Assembly (NCBI GenBank): GCA_963730935.1
Contig: CAVSTP010000004.1
Coordinates: 512,001-576,000 of the forward strand
DNA: 64,000 nucleotides
DNA from: an uncultured Nitrospiraceae bacterium
GTDB lineage: Bacteria > Nitrospirota > Nitrospiria > Nitrospirales > Nitrospiraceae
Direction: 5' to 3'
In this document: piece after piece, positions 30,470 through 40,875 of the stretch
How the letters are laid out: the number at the start of each line of letters is the position of its first letter
Position numbering within the stretch: position 1 is the first letter of the stretch
Notes under the pieces: model-generated
The model's input: the letters and a program-made list of their open reading frames with translations, nothing else
What the model was told of the DNA's origin: nothing
Database searches by the model: none
Program-made: the position numbers and the translations under genes

Positions 30470-30846
30470 CCGTCGAGCATTTGATGGCGAAGAGCTTGGT
30501 GAACATGGAAGCCGGCATGTCGGCGATGGAAGCAGCCAAGCTGATGAAGAATCATAAGGTGGGCAGTGTGTTGGTGAAAAGAGACAATCGCATCGTGGGA
30601 ATTGTCACGGAGCCGGACATCATTCGGAAGGTCATCGGTGTGGAACGAATTCCCTATTATGTGCCTGTAGAAGAGATCATGAGCAGCCCTGTCATCGGCA
30701 TCGATTGGCGGCGTCCTATTACTGAAGCAGCCGATATGATGAATCAGCACCGAACGCGCCACTTGGCGGTGTTCAATGGCGGTTCAGTTGTCGGGGTCTT
30801 GTCGGTCCGTGACCTTTTGCATCCCGTATCGGTCGACGAACTCTAA
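30463..30846 (+). CDS. CBS domain pair protein
   Basis: 'EAAKLM..HKVGSVLV..IVGIVTE.D', 'IMSSPV', 'VVGVLSVRDLL'. Confidence 0.9.
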   Translation: MVTVEHLMAKSLVNMEAGMSAMEAAKLMKNHKVGSVLVKRDNRIVGIVTEPDIIRKVIGVERIPYYVPVEEIMSSPVIGIDWRRPITEAADMMNQHRTRHLAVFNGGSVVGVLSVRDLLHPVSVDEL

Positions 30847-31010
30847 CCGTAAGCCGAAATCAGCAATGACCTATGATACATCCTCTTACGTTTCCGCACT
30901 ACGATGGTTTCAGCGAGCCGGACTGTTCGAAGCTCCTCCGGTGACCGGACCACCCGTTCACCAACCTTCAAATGAGCATGTCATTTCCTTAAACTATTGG
31001 AGACGCCATC

Positions 31011-31244
31011 ATGCCCTCCTTGCTACATCCAGTCCCTTGCTCCCTCACTCCATCCAGCCCGCTCGAGCAGGACATCATTGTGCATCTCGACGGCCAGGAT
31101 GTCGTGACGCTGGATGCACTGATCAAGCAGATGCCCCAGTACAGCTGGAGTCATATTTTTCAGGCCGTCGATACGCTGGCCCGTTGCGGCAGGATCAGCC
31201 TCCACCGGCGCGGCTTCGTGTTATACGCTCGTCTCGAAGGATGA
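31011..31244 (+). CDS. small hypothetical protein, paralog of 41894-42139
   Basis: shared 'LD.L...P.YSW..IF.AVD.LAR.GRI.L' pattern. Confidence 0.65.
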   Translation: MPSLLHPVPCSLTPSSPLEQDIIVHLDGQDVVTLDALIKQMPQYSWSHIFQAVDTLARCGRISLHRRGFVLYARLEG

Positions 31245-31898
31245 CGAGCAATCACACCCTGGATGAGCGGGGGGACTTGGGGTCATTCCCGAATGCGAGC
31301 GGAGTACTGGCTGGGCCTCCAACGGACTTATGACGTGGAGGCGGGGAAGAAACCGGTCCCGCGCGAACAGGGCGGCAAGAACACTCGGCACCGTCATTCT
31401 GGTAGAGGCGTAATAACGTGCTCCTTGCTTCTTGCCCACGCCCGCAGCCAAGATATAACAGCATCGAGTCCGATCTCTCTCAATGTAGTCGTGGAACTCT
31501 CAACGTGCATGCCGGAGGAGGTGAGCGTCTATGGTCAGCGAACTGCGCGGAGCTGCCCTCTTGTTCGTGGCATTCGTCTTTTTCCTGATGATCATTTGCG
31601 TGCTGGTGCTTGGATCAGTCATGAGGCCTGGCCGTTGGAGTGAACGGCCACGAGTTGCCGCATGACACGGCCACGCCCAGGGCACGCAGGCTACGCCACG
31701 TCACGTCGAACCAATCGGCGGCGGCATCCATCATGCTCTGGTGCACCCATTCCGCGGATTAAGTCCTAGCTGTAACGGTCACGTGTTGTTCGTAAGCATT
31801 TGAATTACTTAGGCCATCGAATTTCGCTGGATCTCCGACCCCTTCCAAACTATACTTCCCCCCGCGCGTCATCCGAACCTGCTCACCCTGGGATTCCT

Positions 31899-32195
31899 AT
31901 GAACTTCAACGATGAAAAGCTGATGAGAGCGAAGAAAGCGGTGGATCTCGTCAATTCCTGTACCATCTCGATCGATCAAGCCATCGCGGTCGCCTTGGCC
32001 AGCATCGGCGGAACGGTATTCGATGTCAAAGTCAAGGAAATGAACCAGCAGGTCGTCTGGAGGGTCAAACTGATGAGATCAGACCAGCGAGTGAAGGTGT
32101 ATGTCGATGCCGGTTCGGGCAAGATTATCGAAGCCAAGGCAGAACAGTTGCGGAGGATTAGCCCCGGGGTCCCGACGCTTGCGGTGTCGAAATAA
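31899..32195 (+). CDS. PepSY domain protein
   Basis: 'ISIDQAIAVALASIGGTVFDV', 'VKVYVDAGSGKII'. Confidence 0.75.
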   Translation: MNFNDEKLMRAKKAVDLVNSCTISIDQAIAVALASIGGTVFDVKVKEMNQQVVWRVKLMRSDQRVKVYVDAGSGKIIEAKAEQLRRISPGVPTLAVSK

Positions 32196-32343
32196 CACAC
32201 ATCTCCTGCACCTCCATGTTGTCCTACCTTCCTTCACGCAATCAGACGATTTTCCAGATAACCAGCAGCTTAGGTCGCTAAGCCCTCTTCACAACCGCAC
32301 TCCATTAGATCTCTCAGATCTCTGGGCCTACCTTACCCTAGTG

Positions 32344-32382
32344 TTTACCCACAGTTTGATGGGAATTTATCTGTCTGTAACC
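32344..32382 (+). promoter_or_regulatory. Pho-box-like 11-bp-periodic repeats upstream of the glycosyltransferase
   Basis: TTTAC 32344, TTTGA 32355, TTTAT 32366, GTAAC 32377. Confidence 0.4.
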
Positions 32383-32445
32383 TTGATCGGCGAAGGTAGG
32401 AGGGGAAGGAAAAGACTGGGTTGGGCACTAACCCACAGGAGGCCC

Positions 32446-33465
32446 ATGAGAATTGCCATTGTGACTGATGCATGGCATCCCCAAATCAACGGAGTCGTGC
32501 GGACCCTGGGACACACCGGGCAGCACCTACAGAACTTAGGGCATGAAGTCCTGTTCATCACGCCAGAGAAGTTTCTCACCTATCCCTGCCCGACGTATCC
32601 ATCGATTCGGCTCGCGGTCTTTCCGAAAAAGCGTGTTCGTGAAATGCTGCATGAATTTCGACCTCAGGCCGTTCATATCTCGACGGAGGGTCCTCTGGGG
32701 CACGCGGCAAGAGCTCTCTGTCTCGAGCGATCATGGCCCTTCACCACGTCCTATCACACACAGTTTCCAGAATATATCCGCGCCAGATTTCCCATCCCGA
32801 TCAAGTGGTCGTATGCCTACTTGCGTCGATACCATAGTCGTGCCGCCCGCACCATGGTCGCCACACGGTCGATGCAGCGATTACTGGAAGCACGCGGTTT
32901 CAAGAAGCTAGAGATTTGGGCGAGAGGCGTCGATACAGGCATCTTTCAACCTGGTCCCAAATCGTTTTTGTCCAGACCGAGGCCTATCTCCATGTATATG
33001 GGACGGGTCGCAGTTGAGAAAAACATCGAGGCATTTCTCAATCTGGATGTGCCTGGTTCGAAATATGTGGTAGGGGACGGTCCTGACCTCGAACGACTTC
33101 GACGACAATTCTCTAACGTGACCTTTACCGGACAAAAACTCGGTCATGAATTGACAGCACGCCTTGCCGCCGCGGATGTGTTTGTGTTTCCCAGCTTAAC
33201 CGACACATTTGGCCTTGTTCTGCTCGAAGCGATGGCCTGTGGGGTCCCCGTTGCAGCGTATCCGGTGACCGGACCGGTCGATGTCGTGCAGAACGGCAAG
33301 ACAGGCGTGCTGGATCAGGACCTGCGCCAGGCAGTTCTTGGCGCCCTGAAACTCGACCCGGCGGATTGCACGGCCTACGCGAGACAGCACTCGTGGCGGC
33401 ATTGGACCGAACGATTCGTCTCGTTGTTAGAGCCGATCAAAGAAGACTGCTGGATATCGGCCTGA
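32446..33465 (+). CDS. GT4-family glycosyltransferase (Agt-like glycolipid synthase candidate)
   Basis: 'MRIAIVTDAWHPQINGVVRTL', 'HISTEGPLG', 'GRVAVEKN', 'FPSLTDTFGLVLLEAMACG'. Confidence 0.9.
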   Translation: MRIAIVTDAWHPQINGVVRTLGHTGQHLQNLGHEVLFITPEKFLTYPCPTYPSIRLAVFPKKRVREMLHEFRPQAVHISTEGPLGHAARALCLERSWPFTTSYHTQFPEYIRARFPIPIKWSYAYLRRYHSRAARTMVATRSMQRLLEARGFKKLEIWARGVDTGIFQPGPKSFLSRPRPISMYMGRVAVEKNIEAFLNLDVPGSKYVVGDGPDLERLRRQFSNVTFTGQKLGHELTARLAAADVFVFPSLTDTFGLVLLEAMACGVPVAAYPVTGPVDVVQNGKTGVLDQDLRQAVLGALKLDPADCTAYARQHSWRHWTERFVSLLEPIKEDCWISA

Positions 33466-33611
33466 AAAACTGTTCTTTTTAAACACTTCTAATGAAAACT
33501 TCAAGTAACCACCCCCCTAGTCCCGATTCCCTAAAAATTTTATTGCACCCCGAATCAAATAGGAGTAGTCTCCGTTCCCCCAGCAAAGCGAGTACATCAA
33601 CCTAGGAACGA

Positions 33612-33878
33612 ATGTCTGTGACCAAGCTGTACATTCTCCAGGAAATCACACGCACCACAAAAGCCAACGGCGGCACGCCACTGCGAAAACTGCAGTTTGA
33701 ATTGCAGACCGGAATCAAGAGGTATGACTGGTTTGGCGTGTATTGGGCTCGGTGGAGCGATGCCATTCGAGAAGCGATGTACATACAGGACCGTATTGAA
33801 GAGGTGATCACACCCCAGCATTCGAAGCCGCTCCGTTATGACCCCCCTCGCAACGCACCGATCGCCCGGCTTGCGTGA
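33612..33878 (+). pseudogene. truncated N-terminal fragment, possibly of a GIY-YIG nuclease-family protein
   Basis: 'ILQEI.RT.KANGGTPL..F..TGIK..DW.G.YWARWSDAIREA' recalled from such proteins; similarity stops after about 55 aa. Confidence 0.4.
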
Positions 33879-34353
33879 GACAGCCCGACGAACAGAGGCT
33901 TCGTGGAATGACATGGACCCTCCCAAGAAGCCCAAACACTCCTTCAAGCGCCCAAGCAAGCGAAAGTCCAAGCTAGGTAACCAGGGCCCCCTTCCAGACG
34001 AAAAAAACCACTCCTTTCGTGGTGAAAAACGAAGCCGAGTCCGCGGGAGGTCAGGCGAGACACCTGAGAATTAGGCACGGACCTGCGAAGCAGGGGTTGT
34101 GGCGGTTATTCTCTACGGCCCGTCTTTCCTACGCTATCTGATCCAAAAACCGTTTTAAGCTCCAGCTCAAAGCCGAAACAGTACTTGGTATTTGGCCAGA
34201 TCCCTCGATCGCCAATACTTCGTGCTCTCAATCGCGACGTTCACGTTGGGCGTATTTATCGGCTGGAATTGGTGTACTTCGAGAATGGGCAAGGAGCCGT
34301 TCATAGATCACAGCTCTCTTTCGCACCTGCTGCAACCAGCAGGCTCCATATGG

Positions 34354-36657
34354 TCATGAGTGCTTCTGACTCATGGCGTACGGCGGGAGGAATGCCCGCC
34401 AGGCGCTGGTCGAACGAGGGAGATAGGCCAGGATATCTGTAAACGGATCAGTGATTAATTTGACAAACCAGATCATCGAGACCCGGAAATCGTGAAGCCA
34501 GGCCAGGTAGATTACGCGGCCGAACACTACGACGAGGGTCAACCCCCACCACTGTTGCGCGATGGCCGGGAACGTGTCGACGAAGGCCGCGATGGTCCAG
34601 CTGCCGGCCAAGAACATGTTCACGATCGGGATCAATGCATAGGCCGATATGATCATCGTCTTACTCGGAGTATTGAATCCAAGCAATAATTCTTCCTTGT
34701 CATGACAGGGAGGTTCGACCAATGCGTGACCGAACTGTCGTACAAACAACGCAGCGAGGCTGGCGGAAACGGCGGTCGTGAGGTCGGCAAAGATCAGGAA
34801 ATAGCAATAGATGAACACGCTCGAACTCAGAAGATGAAACAGTTGATTGAGCGGATGGCTGTGAGACGCAACATGATCATCATGTTTGCGACGCATGACT
34901 TCCGTATAGAACGTTCGAAGCGGTTTCGGCACCTGGACGATGCTGCTGATCATTTCCCACGTCAGTCGTGACTTCATCGCCTTCCTCCGGATTGGTTCCT
35001 CAACTCCTTCAAGCCACCAGCCGTCCTGCTTCATGCGTAAGGCGGCTGTCACGATCTTGCCCTTCAATTCATCGTAGTCCTGCTGAGTGAAGGCCATGTT
35101 GCTGAGACAGCGACCGGTGCCGACCCAACTGAGCATCACACCTTCGGCGCGTAGATAATATTGCAACAGCCAGTTATAGCGCCCTGGTTGCTGGAACAGG
35201 ATCGTCCAAACCGTCGCCAGGTTCACCACGCGCAGAGGCAGGGCATCCTCTGCAAAGGCGCGATTGACTGACAGCGCCCATTCAGTACATCGCTGATTCG
35301 CGTCTTCATAGAGTTGCCACGTCTGTGGGGGGGACGCCCATCGTAAGAACTCGTTCATCGCGCCCATGACTGCAGGGTGCGCGGAGAAGGTTCCAATAAC
35401 ATAGGCGAGCCGCATGGGGTGATCCGGATCGAAACGACGCATCAGATCCTTCCTACCGCAGACGACACCGATAGGCATGCCTCCGCCAACCGTCTTCCCG
35501 TACACCACCAGATCGGCCTGCACACCGAAACTTTCCTGTGCGCCTCCGGCCGCGAGCCGGAAGCCGCTGTAGACCTCGTCAAAAATCAGCGGAATATCAC
35601 AGGCAGTGCAGACATCGCGCAGTTTCTTCAGCCATTGGGCGTAAGGAGCATGGGCCTCTTGCGTCTTCCTCACGCTGCTCGTCAGAAGAATGGCATCGCT
35701 CGGCGGCGGCGAATTAGGGTGGAAGGATTGAATCGGATTGACCACAACACCGGCAATGTCGTGCTTCATCCTCTTGATGGCGTCCAAGGAGGCCGGGTTC
35801 ATGTCCTTCAGGGTCAGACAGTCGTGGATCTCCCGCTCGCTCCCCAAACCCGGCTGGACACCGTCCCACCAGCCGTGATACGCGCCTGCAAAGCACACGA
35901 TCGTCTTACGCCGGGTATTGAATCGCGCGAGCCTGATCGCGGCCATGACGGCTTCGGTCCCGCTCATATGAAAGGAGACCTCGTCCAATTTGGAGATCGT
36001 CTTGAGCATGACAATGTTCTCAGCGACGATCGGATGCAGCGGTCCCAGCACAGGTCCAAGCTCCTTCACACGTTCCCAGCCTTTTTGCATCCACTCTTTG
36101 TATTGGTCGTAGCCCGCGACATTGACGCCGTAGGATCCGGTCACATCGAGGGACCAGCGGCCGTCAATATCGAGCAGTTTCGGACCTTTGGAAGCCGTGA
36201 CGATCGAGCAGAGATTGAACTTTTCCCGCATAACGCGCGCAAACGGAAATGGCACTCGTCCGGCATCTGTGAACCGCAGATCCGACAGGCCCTCTCGAAA
36301 CTCGTTGGCCCAAGAGACCGACCGCGGGTACTGATCCTGAAAAAAGTTGGCCAGCCGGTCGAGAGCCTGTTGTCGCCGCATGACGATGGCCTCGTCGGCA
36401 CCGTCGGCTCGAAAAAACTCCTGCCCTAGGTAATCGTTGGTTTTGACCCACTGTGAAAGCCTCCGGGACAAGGCCGGCGTACAGGACCTGGCCTTCAACA
36501 TCAACAGCGCGCGCCGAAGTCGCCGAGCATAGAAGAGTCCCAGAGCGCCAAGCCCACAGAGAGAAATCAGAATGCCGACGTCAAACACTTCAATCGCGCA
36601 TGTACTTCCCAGACCTAACCCACATTCAGTCCATCGATGGATGATGTTGTCGACCAT
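34354..36657 (-). CDS. class III PLP aminotransferase (GSA-aminomutase-like) fused to a C-terminal multi-TM domain
   Basis: 'SGTEAVMAAIRLAR', 'GAYHGW', 'LIFDEVYSGFR', PLP-Lys in 'YGKTVGGG', 'GTFSAHP'; hydrophobic His-rich C-terminus. Confidence 0.85.
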   Translation of the reverse strand: MVDNIIHRWTECGLGLGSTCAIEVFDVGILISLCGLGALGLFYARRLRRALLMLKARSCTPALSRRLSQWVKTNDYLGQEFFRADGADEAIVMRRQQALDRLANFFQDQYPRSVSWANEFREGLSDLRFTDAGRVPFPFARVMREKFNLCSIVTASKGPKLLDIDGRWSLDVTGSYGVNVAGYDQYKEWMQKGWERVKELGPVLGPLHPIVAENIVMLKTISKLDEVSFHMSGTEAVMAAIRLARFNTRRKTIVCFAGAYHGWWDGVQPGLGSEREIHDCLTLKDMNPASLDAIKRMKHDIAGVVVNPIQSFHPNSPPPSDAILLTSSVRKTQEAHAPYAQWLKKLRDVCTACDIPLIFDEVYSGFRLAAGGAQESFGVQADLVVYGKTVGGGMPIGVVCGRKDLMRRFDPDHPMRLAYVIGTFSAHPAVMGAMNEFLRWASPPQTWQLYEDANQRCTEWALSVNRAFAEDALPLRVVNLATVWTILFQQPGRYNWLLQYYLRAEGVMLSWVGTGRCLSNMAFTQQDYDELKGKIVTAALRMKQDGWWLEGVEEPIRRKAMKSRLTWEMISSIVQVPKPLRTFYTEVMRRKHDDHVASHSHPLNQLFHLLSSSVFIYCYFLIFADLTTAVSASLAALFVRQFGHALVEPPCHDKEELLLGFNTPSKTMIISAYALIPIVNMFLAGSWTIAAFVDTFPAIAQQWWGLTLVVVFGRVIYLAWLHDFRVSMIWFVKLITDPFTDILAYLPRSTSAWRAFLPPYAMSQKHS

Positions 36658-36689
36658 ACGCCTCCTTCATTTCGCACATCTTCGTCGTG

Positions 36690-37526
36690 TCATGCCACAA
36701 TAAGGTCGTCGTCGGGGTACAATGTCAGTCGCTCGGGTTTCATAGTCCGAGTCCGTTTCAGACTCGCGACCGTATCGGCCCATCGAAGCAATTCCAGGCT
36801 GCCATCGTGGTGCTCGACGAGAGCGCTGCAGCTTTCCACCCAATCCCCGCAGTTACAATAGATGATGTTGTTCAGTTTTGTAATTTCCGGGCGATGAATG
36901 TGACCGCACACGACCCCGTCGACACCCAAACGCGCGGTCTCATAGGCCACCGCCTGCTCGAAGTTGCTGATGAACTGAACGGCATTTTTGACTTTATGTT
37001 TGAGAAACCCAGCCAGCGACCAATAGGGGAGATTACATCTGCGTCGTACTCCGTGGACGACATAATTGGCCTTGAGCAGCCAGTCGTACAGTCGGGTCCC
37101 CAGCAGTGCGAGCGCCCTAGAGCACCGCACCACGCTATCGAACTTGTCTCCGTGGATGACCAGTAAGCGTCTCCCATCTGCGTTTGTATGGATCGCTTCC
37201 TCGGTGATATGGACGTTCCCGAAGGTCATGTCGTGAAAATCACGGAGCAATTCATCATGATTCCCAGGGACATACACCACCTTCGTGCCGTGCTTCGCCT
37301 TGCCCAGAATCGTCCTCACCACATTATTGTGCGATTGCGGCCAATACATCCTTTTTTTCATCTCCCAGATGTCGATGATGTCGCCAACCAAGTACAAAAA
37401 TTCGCACTCGATGGAGTGAAGGAAGTCCAGAAGGTGATCCGCACTGCAGCCGCGGAAGCCCAAATGAATATCGGAAATCCAGACCGTCCTAAACGATAAT
37501 GGACGTGGTCCGGTGGGTTTATTCAC
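36690..37526 (-). CDS. LpxH-family metallophosphoesterase, PlcP-like phospholipase C
   Basis: 'SDIHLG', 'LVGDIID', 'PGNHD', 'HGDKFD', 'GHIH', 'NCGDWVES'; Pho-cluster context. Confidence 0.85.
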   Translation of the reverse strand: MNKPTGPRPLSFRTVWISDIHLGFRGCSADHLLDFLHSIECEFLYLVGDIIDIWEMKKRMYWPQSHNNVVRTILGKAKHGTKVVYVPGNHDELLRDFHDMTFGNVHITEEAIHTNADGRRLLVIHGDKFDSVVRCSRALALLGTRLYDWLLKANYVVHGVRRRCNLPYWSLAGFLKHKVKNAVQFISNFEQAVAYETARLGVDGVVCGHIHRPEITKLNNIIYCNCGDWVESCSALVEHHDGSLELLRWADTVASLKRTRTMKPERLTLYPDDDLIVA

Positions 37527-37840
37527 CCGCGCCTTCTCTTTTCTAATGGTGGTGTTCTATCTCTCATCATGCATACAAGGTTATCGTGGCGATGTTTCGA
37601 AATGATGACAATGGCGCCAAATGTGTGTGAAGTCTCGGCGTCTATTGTGTTACGCGCGAAACGCGGCTGTAACACTGGTCACGAAGAAGGTCGTATTTCA
37701 GCTCCAAGTATCACAAACTTGTCGAGTTAACACAGATCTCATCGACACGAGACTGTCTTGTAACCTGAAGCGCTCCAGATGGGTCACTACATGCACATGC
37801 GCCGTTCAGATACGCGTTCGGATGCTAGAGCCTTGGAGGC

Positions 37841-38545
37841 ATGGTGACAACAAGGACGCTCGTTCTCCTTCCTGGACTTGACGGGACAGAGGTTTTCTTC
37901 AGACCTCTGCTTACCTCCCTGCCGCACTGGATTCAGCCCAGAGTGGTGTGTTTTCCTTCCGGCGGCAGCAACTATGCGGACCTGCTCGCAATCGTGCGAG
38001 AAGCGCTATCAGACTATCCAAGCTTCTACGTGCTAGGGTCGTCGTTTGCCGGACCGCTGGCGCTCATGCTGGCGGAGGCAGAACCTGAGAAGGTAAAGGG
38101 CGTCATCCTGGCCACCACGTTCGTGAGTCCGCCGCGAAAACTCTACGAGCGGCTGCGGTTTACCGCCGTGATGCCGGGCATCTGGATGTGGCGCGCTTGT
38201 CGTCGTATTCCGACGTGGCTTCTACGAAGTCGGACTGATCAGCTTCGGCTCGATAAGTCGGAAACTTGGCGACGTGTGAGTTCCCGCGTCGTGGCGGCCC
38301 GCATTAGGACCCTGCTCAAGGTGAATGCACGAGAGTTATTGCGCGACTGCCCTCATCCGGTATTATGCCTCGCCGGCTGTAAGGACAGTGTCGTCCCTCG
38401 ACGCAACGTTGAGGAGATCGTGAGCGTACGACCGTCAGTTCAGGTTCGAATGATCGAGGGACAACACTTCGCGCTGTACACGAATCCAACCGCCTCCGCT
38501 GAGGCCATCGCTGAATTCATCCGAATGAAGGAGCAGATTGAATAG
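37841..38545 (+). CDS. alpha/beta hydrolase
   Basis: 'LVLLPGLDGT', nucleophile motif 'GSSFAG', C-terminal Asp and His. Confidence 0.85.
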   Translation: MVTTRTLVLLPGLDGTEVFFRPLLTSLPHWIQPRVVCFPSGGSNYADLLAIVREALSDYPSFYVLGSSFAGPLALMLAEAEPEKVKGVILATTFVSPPRKLYERLRFTAVMPGIWMWRACRRIPTWLLRSRTDQLRLDKSETWRRVSSRVVAARIRTLLKVNARELLRDCPHPVLCLAGCKDSVVPRRNVEEIVSVRPSVQVRMIEGQHFALYTNPTASAEAIAEFIRMKEQIE

Positions 38546-39278
38546 AATCGCATTGGTGTTGGGGAGTGTGCTTGCACTCGATATGCTCTTTGGAAGCCGT
38601 CTGCTCTTCGCCCAACGCGAGGAAATGCCGGCCGGGTATCCTCAATCACTGGAACCCGCTCTGCAGAAGCTCCTCGGTCGCATACAGCAAGGCGATCCTT
38701 CATCAGACTTATTGATTCAGCTGTCCTCCACCTACTTCGATATTGCTGACGACCTGCTCACAGAGCAAGCACAACGGATGGCCGCTTATCAGGCAGGGGC
38801 GAAGGCCGCAAAGCAAGCATTTGAGATGGACGATTCCGATCCGGACGCGCATTTTTTCTACGCCGCCAACCTCGGCAGTTCCGAACGGCTCAAAGGTCTT
38901 ACCAACGCGGCGATGGTTGTCAAAGACATCAAACACTGTGCGATGCGCGCCATTGAACTCAACCCGAAACACGCCCAAGCCTTGCAAATGATGGGCGGCT
39001 TGCTGATGGAGCTTCCGTGGTTTCTTGGTGGAGATGAAAAGAAGGTTCAAGAATATCTAGAACGGGCCATCGCCGCCGATGGGAACTTTACGAACGCACG
39101 CCTGCTCGTTGCGAAGCTATACACTAAACAGGGGAGGGCCGACGACGCAAAACGTCAGCTGGAGGCCGTACTTCACGCCGAGAAGCTCCATTACCGCTAT
39201 GCCTGGGAGCGGACCTATAAACCAGAGGCGGAACGGCTGCTGAAGACTCTGGACAAATCCCGTCCCGCCGCGCCCTAA
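38538..39278 (+). CDS. secreted TPR-repeat protein
   Basis: signal peptide; 'RAIELNPKHAQA', 'LERAIAADGNF.NARL..A.LY'. Confidence 0.75.
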   Translation: MNRIALVLGSVLALDMLFGSRLLFAQREEMPAGYPQSLEPALQKLLGRIQQGDPSSDLLIQLSSTYFDIADDLLTEQAQRMAAYQAGAKAAKQAFEMDDSDPDAHFFYAANLGSSERLKGLTNAAMVVKDIKHCAMRAIELNPKHAQALQMMGGLLMELPWFLGGDEKKVQEYLERAIAADGNFTNARLLVAKLYTKQGRADDAKRQLEAVLHAEKLHYRYAWERTYKPEAERLLKTLDKSRPAAP

Positions 39279-39375
39279 CGATGTGACCGGTCCCCTAGCG
39301 TTGCACCTGTGTACCTCACCCGCATTACCAACGCTCCAGTTTTGGCTTAAGATCATCTGACATGACATGACGAGA

Positions 39376-40491
39376 TTAATGGCTCGCCCACGGCATGAAC
39401 GATACGGCAATCGAGATGGTAATCAACACAATAATAATCCACTCCAGAAGCTCCATGCGGCGCGTGCCTGCGCGATCCGACATTTTGCCATAAATGCTTT
39501 CCAGCGTTTCCAACTTGCGCAGAATGCTCGCATCCCAATCTTCCAGGTGGAACCGTTGAGACACCAGGCGGTAGACGCGGGCCAGATATTGATCTCCCAA
39601 CAGCTTCAGGGTGTTCGTGACCCGCTCAAAGAGCAGCGCGCCATCAACCTGAAGTTGTGCGATGTGAGTCGTATGCTTGTCATAGCTCCCTGGGAGCGAC
39701 AACAGACGCGGCGTTCTCGTCAGCGCCTCGTATCCCTGATCCAACGCCTGATCCAGTTGTTCATCGAGCATCCGCATCTCAAGCAATTCAACGTTGGCGA
39801 ACTCCAGTACAGCTCGCACATCATCCATTTCTTTTCCGAACAGCACGGCTGCATGCCAGTCGATCAGCGCCGCATCTTCCAGGCCGAAAGAAATGCGGCA
39901 GGACAGTGCATCATGAATTTCTTGTTCCGAGAGGGGCGTGCGCTCGCCGCGTAGGATGCTGGCCAGTGCCTCCTCCCGGCTGGTCCATAGGGGGGAGGCC
40001 TGCGCCGGCACACAGGATTCGATGGAAAAAATCAGATAGTCCTCGACTTCGGCTGCAATCTTCGGCCGCTCAATGGCTGTATGAATGGCGTGTACGAGTT
40101 GCTCTACGCGCGAGCGGGATTCCGACAAGAGAAGTTCATGTTCATAGAGCGACTCGCTTAATTCCCGCAGACCGTCGAGAGGTCCATCCAGCGTAAAACG
40201 ATAGGTAATGGTCACCGCGCCAAAGTCATACACCATGACCTCGACGGTGGGACTTGAGGTGTACGCGCCGACGGTCAGGGAACCGCCCTCCTGCATCAAT
40301 CGAAGCGGCGCAGGGCGATATTCGAAATACTGTGGTGCTCTGGCCTTATGCCTGAGGCGGCTGCGTTCAGTCTCGGCTGAAATGTGTCGACCAGCCTGCT
40401 CGAGATTGATGGACGAGCCGATGTCGTATGCGAACATCGCATAGCAGGTCCCTTTATTGATCGTGATGGGGGAGGCTTGTTGGACGGACAT
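39376..40491 (-). CDS. RMD1/DUF155-like protein with C-terminal TM segment
   Basis: 'YLARVY..RFHL.DW..I..KL', 'RRMELLEWIIIVLI'. Confidence 0.7.
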   Translation of the reverse strand: MSVQQASPITINKGTCYAMFAYDIGSSINLEQAGRHISAETERSRLRHKARAPQYFEYRPAPLRLMQEGGSLTVGAYTSSPTVEVMVYDFGAVTITYRFTLDGPLDGLRELSESLYEHELLLSESRSRVEQLVHAIHTAIERPKIAAEVEDYLIFSIESCVPAQASPLWTSREEALASILRGERTPLSEQEIHDALSCRISFGLEDAALIDWHAAVLFGKEMDDVRAVLEFANVELLEMRMLDEQLDQALDQGYEALTRTPRLLSLPGSYDKHTTHIAQLQVDGALLFERVTNTLKLLGDQYLARVYRLVSQRFHLEDWDASILRKLETLESIYGKMSDRAGTRRMELLEWIIIVLITISIAVSFMPWASH

Positions 40492-40875
40492 GCGTGTTTC
40501 CTTCTTTAGTGCTCTTACTATATCAAGAAGTAGATTCGGATCTTCCGCAAACATTCCCTATTGGGATGAAAGCGTTGTCGACTGGGGAATGCGCGCGTTT
40601 CAATTTCTGCCCAATATCGGCAACAGCTATGTGTAAGTGAAATCGAAGTAAAATGAGCTCTCTGCCTGGCAGATTAGAGGGTGCAAAGCCTTGTGACTGC
40701 ACGTTTAGGCCAAGAGTGCTTTGAGCGAGAGGACTGTGGACGAGTCCTCCACTCGCGGGCCAGACGCTCAGCAGGGTCTCGGCGCACTGCTAACGCACAC
40801 ACGACGCCGATTAGTGGATCGTGTGGCGTTGCGTAAAGAAACAAACGTTTTGTCGAGGAGTGGAGAACGGAGACA

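Noticed and set aside
37560..37780. Pho boxes between the plcP-like gene and the hydrolase
   Set aside because: GTAAC/TTAAC-like words are present, but I could not confirm a consistent 11-bp period.
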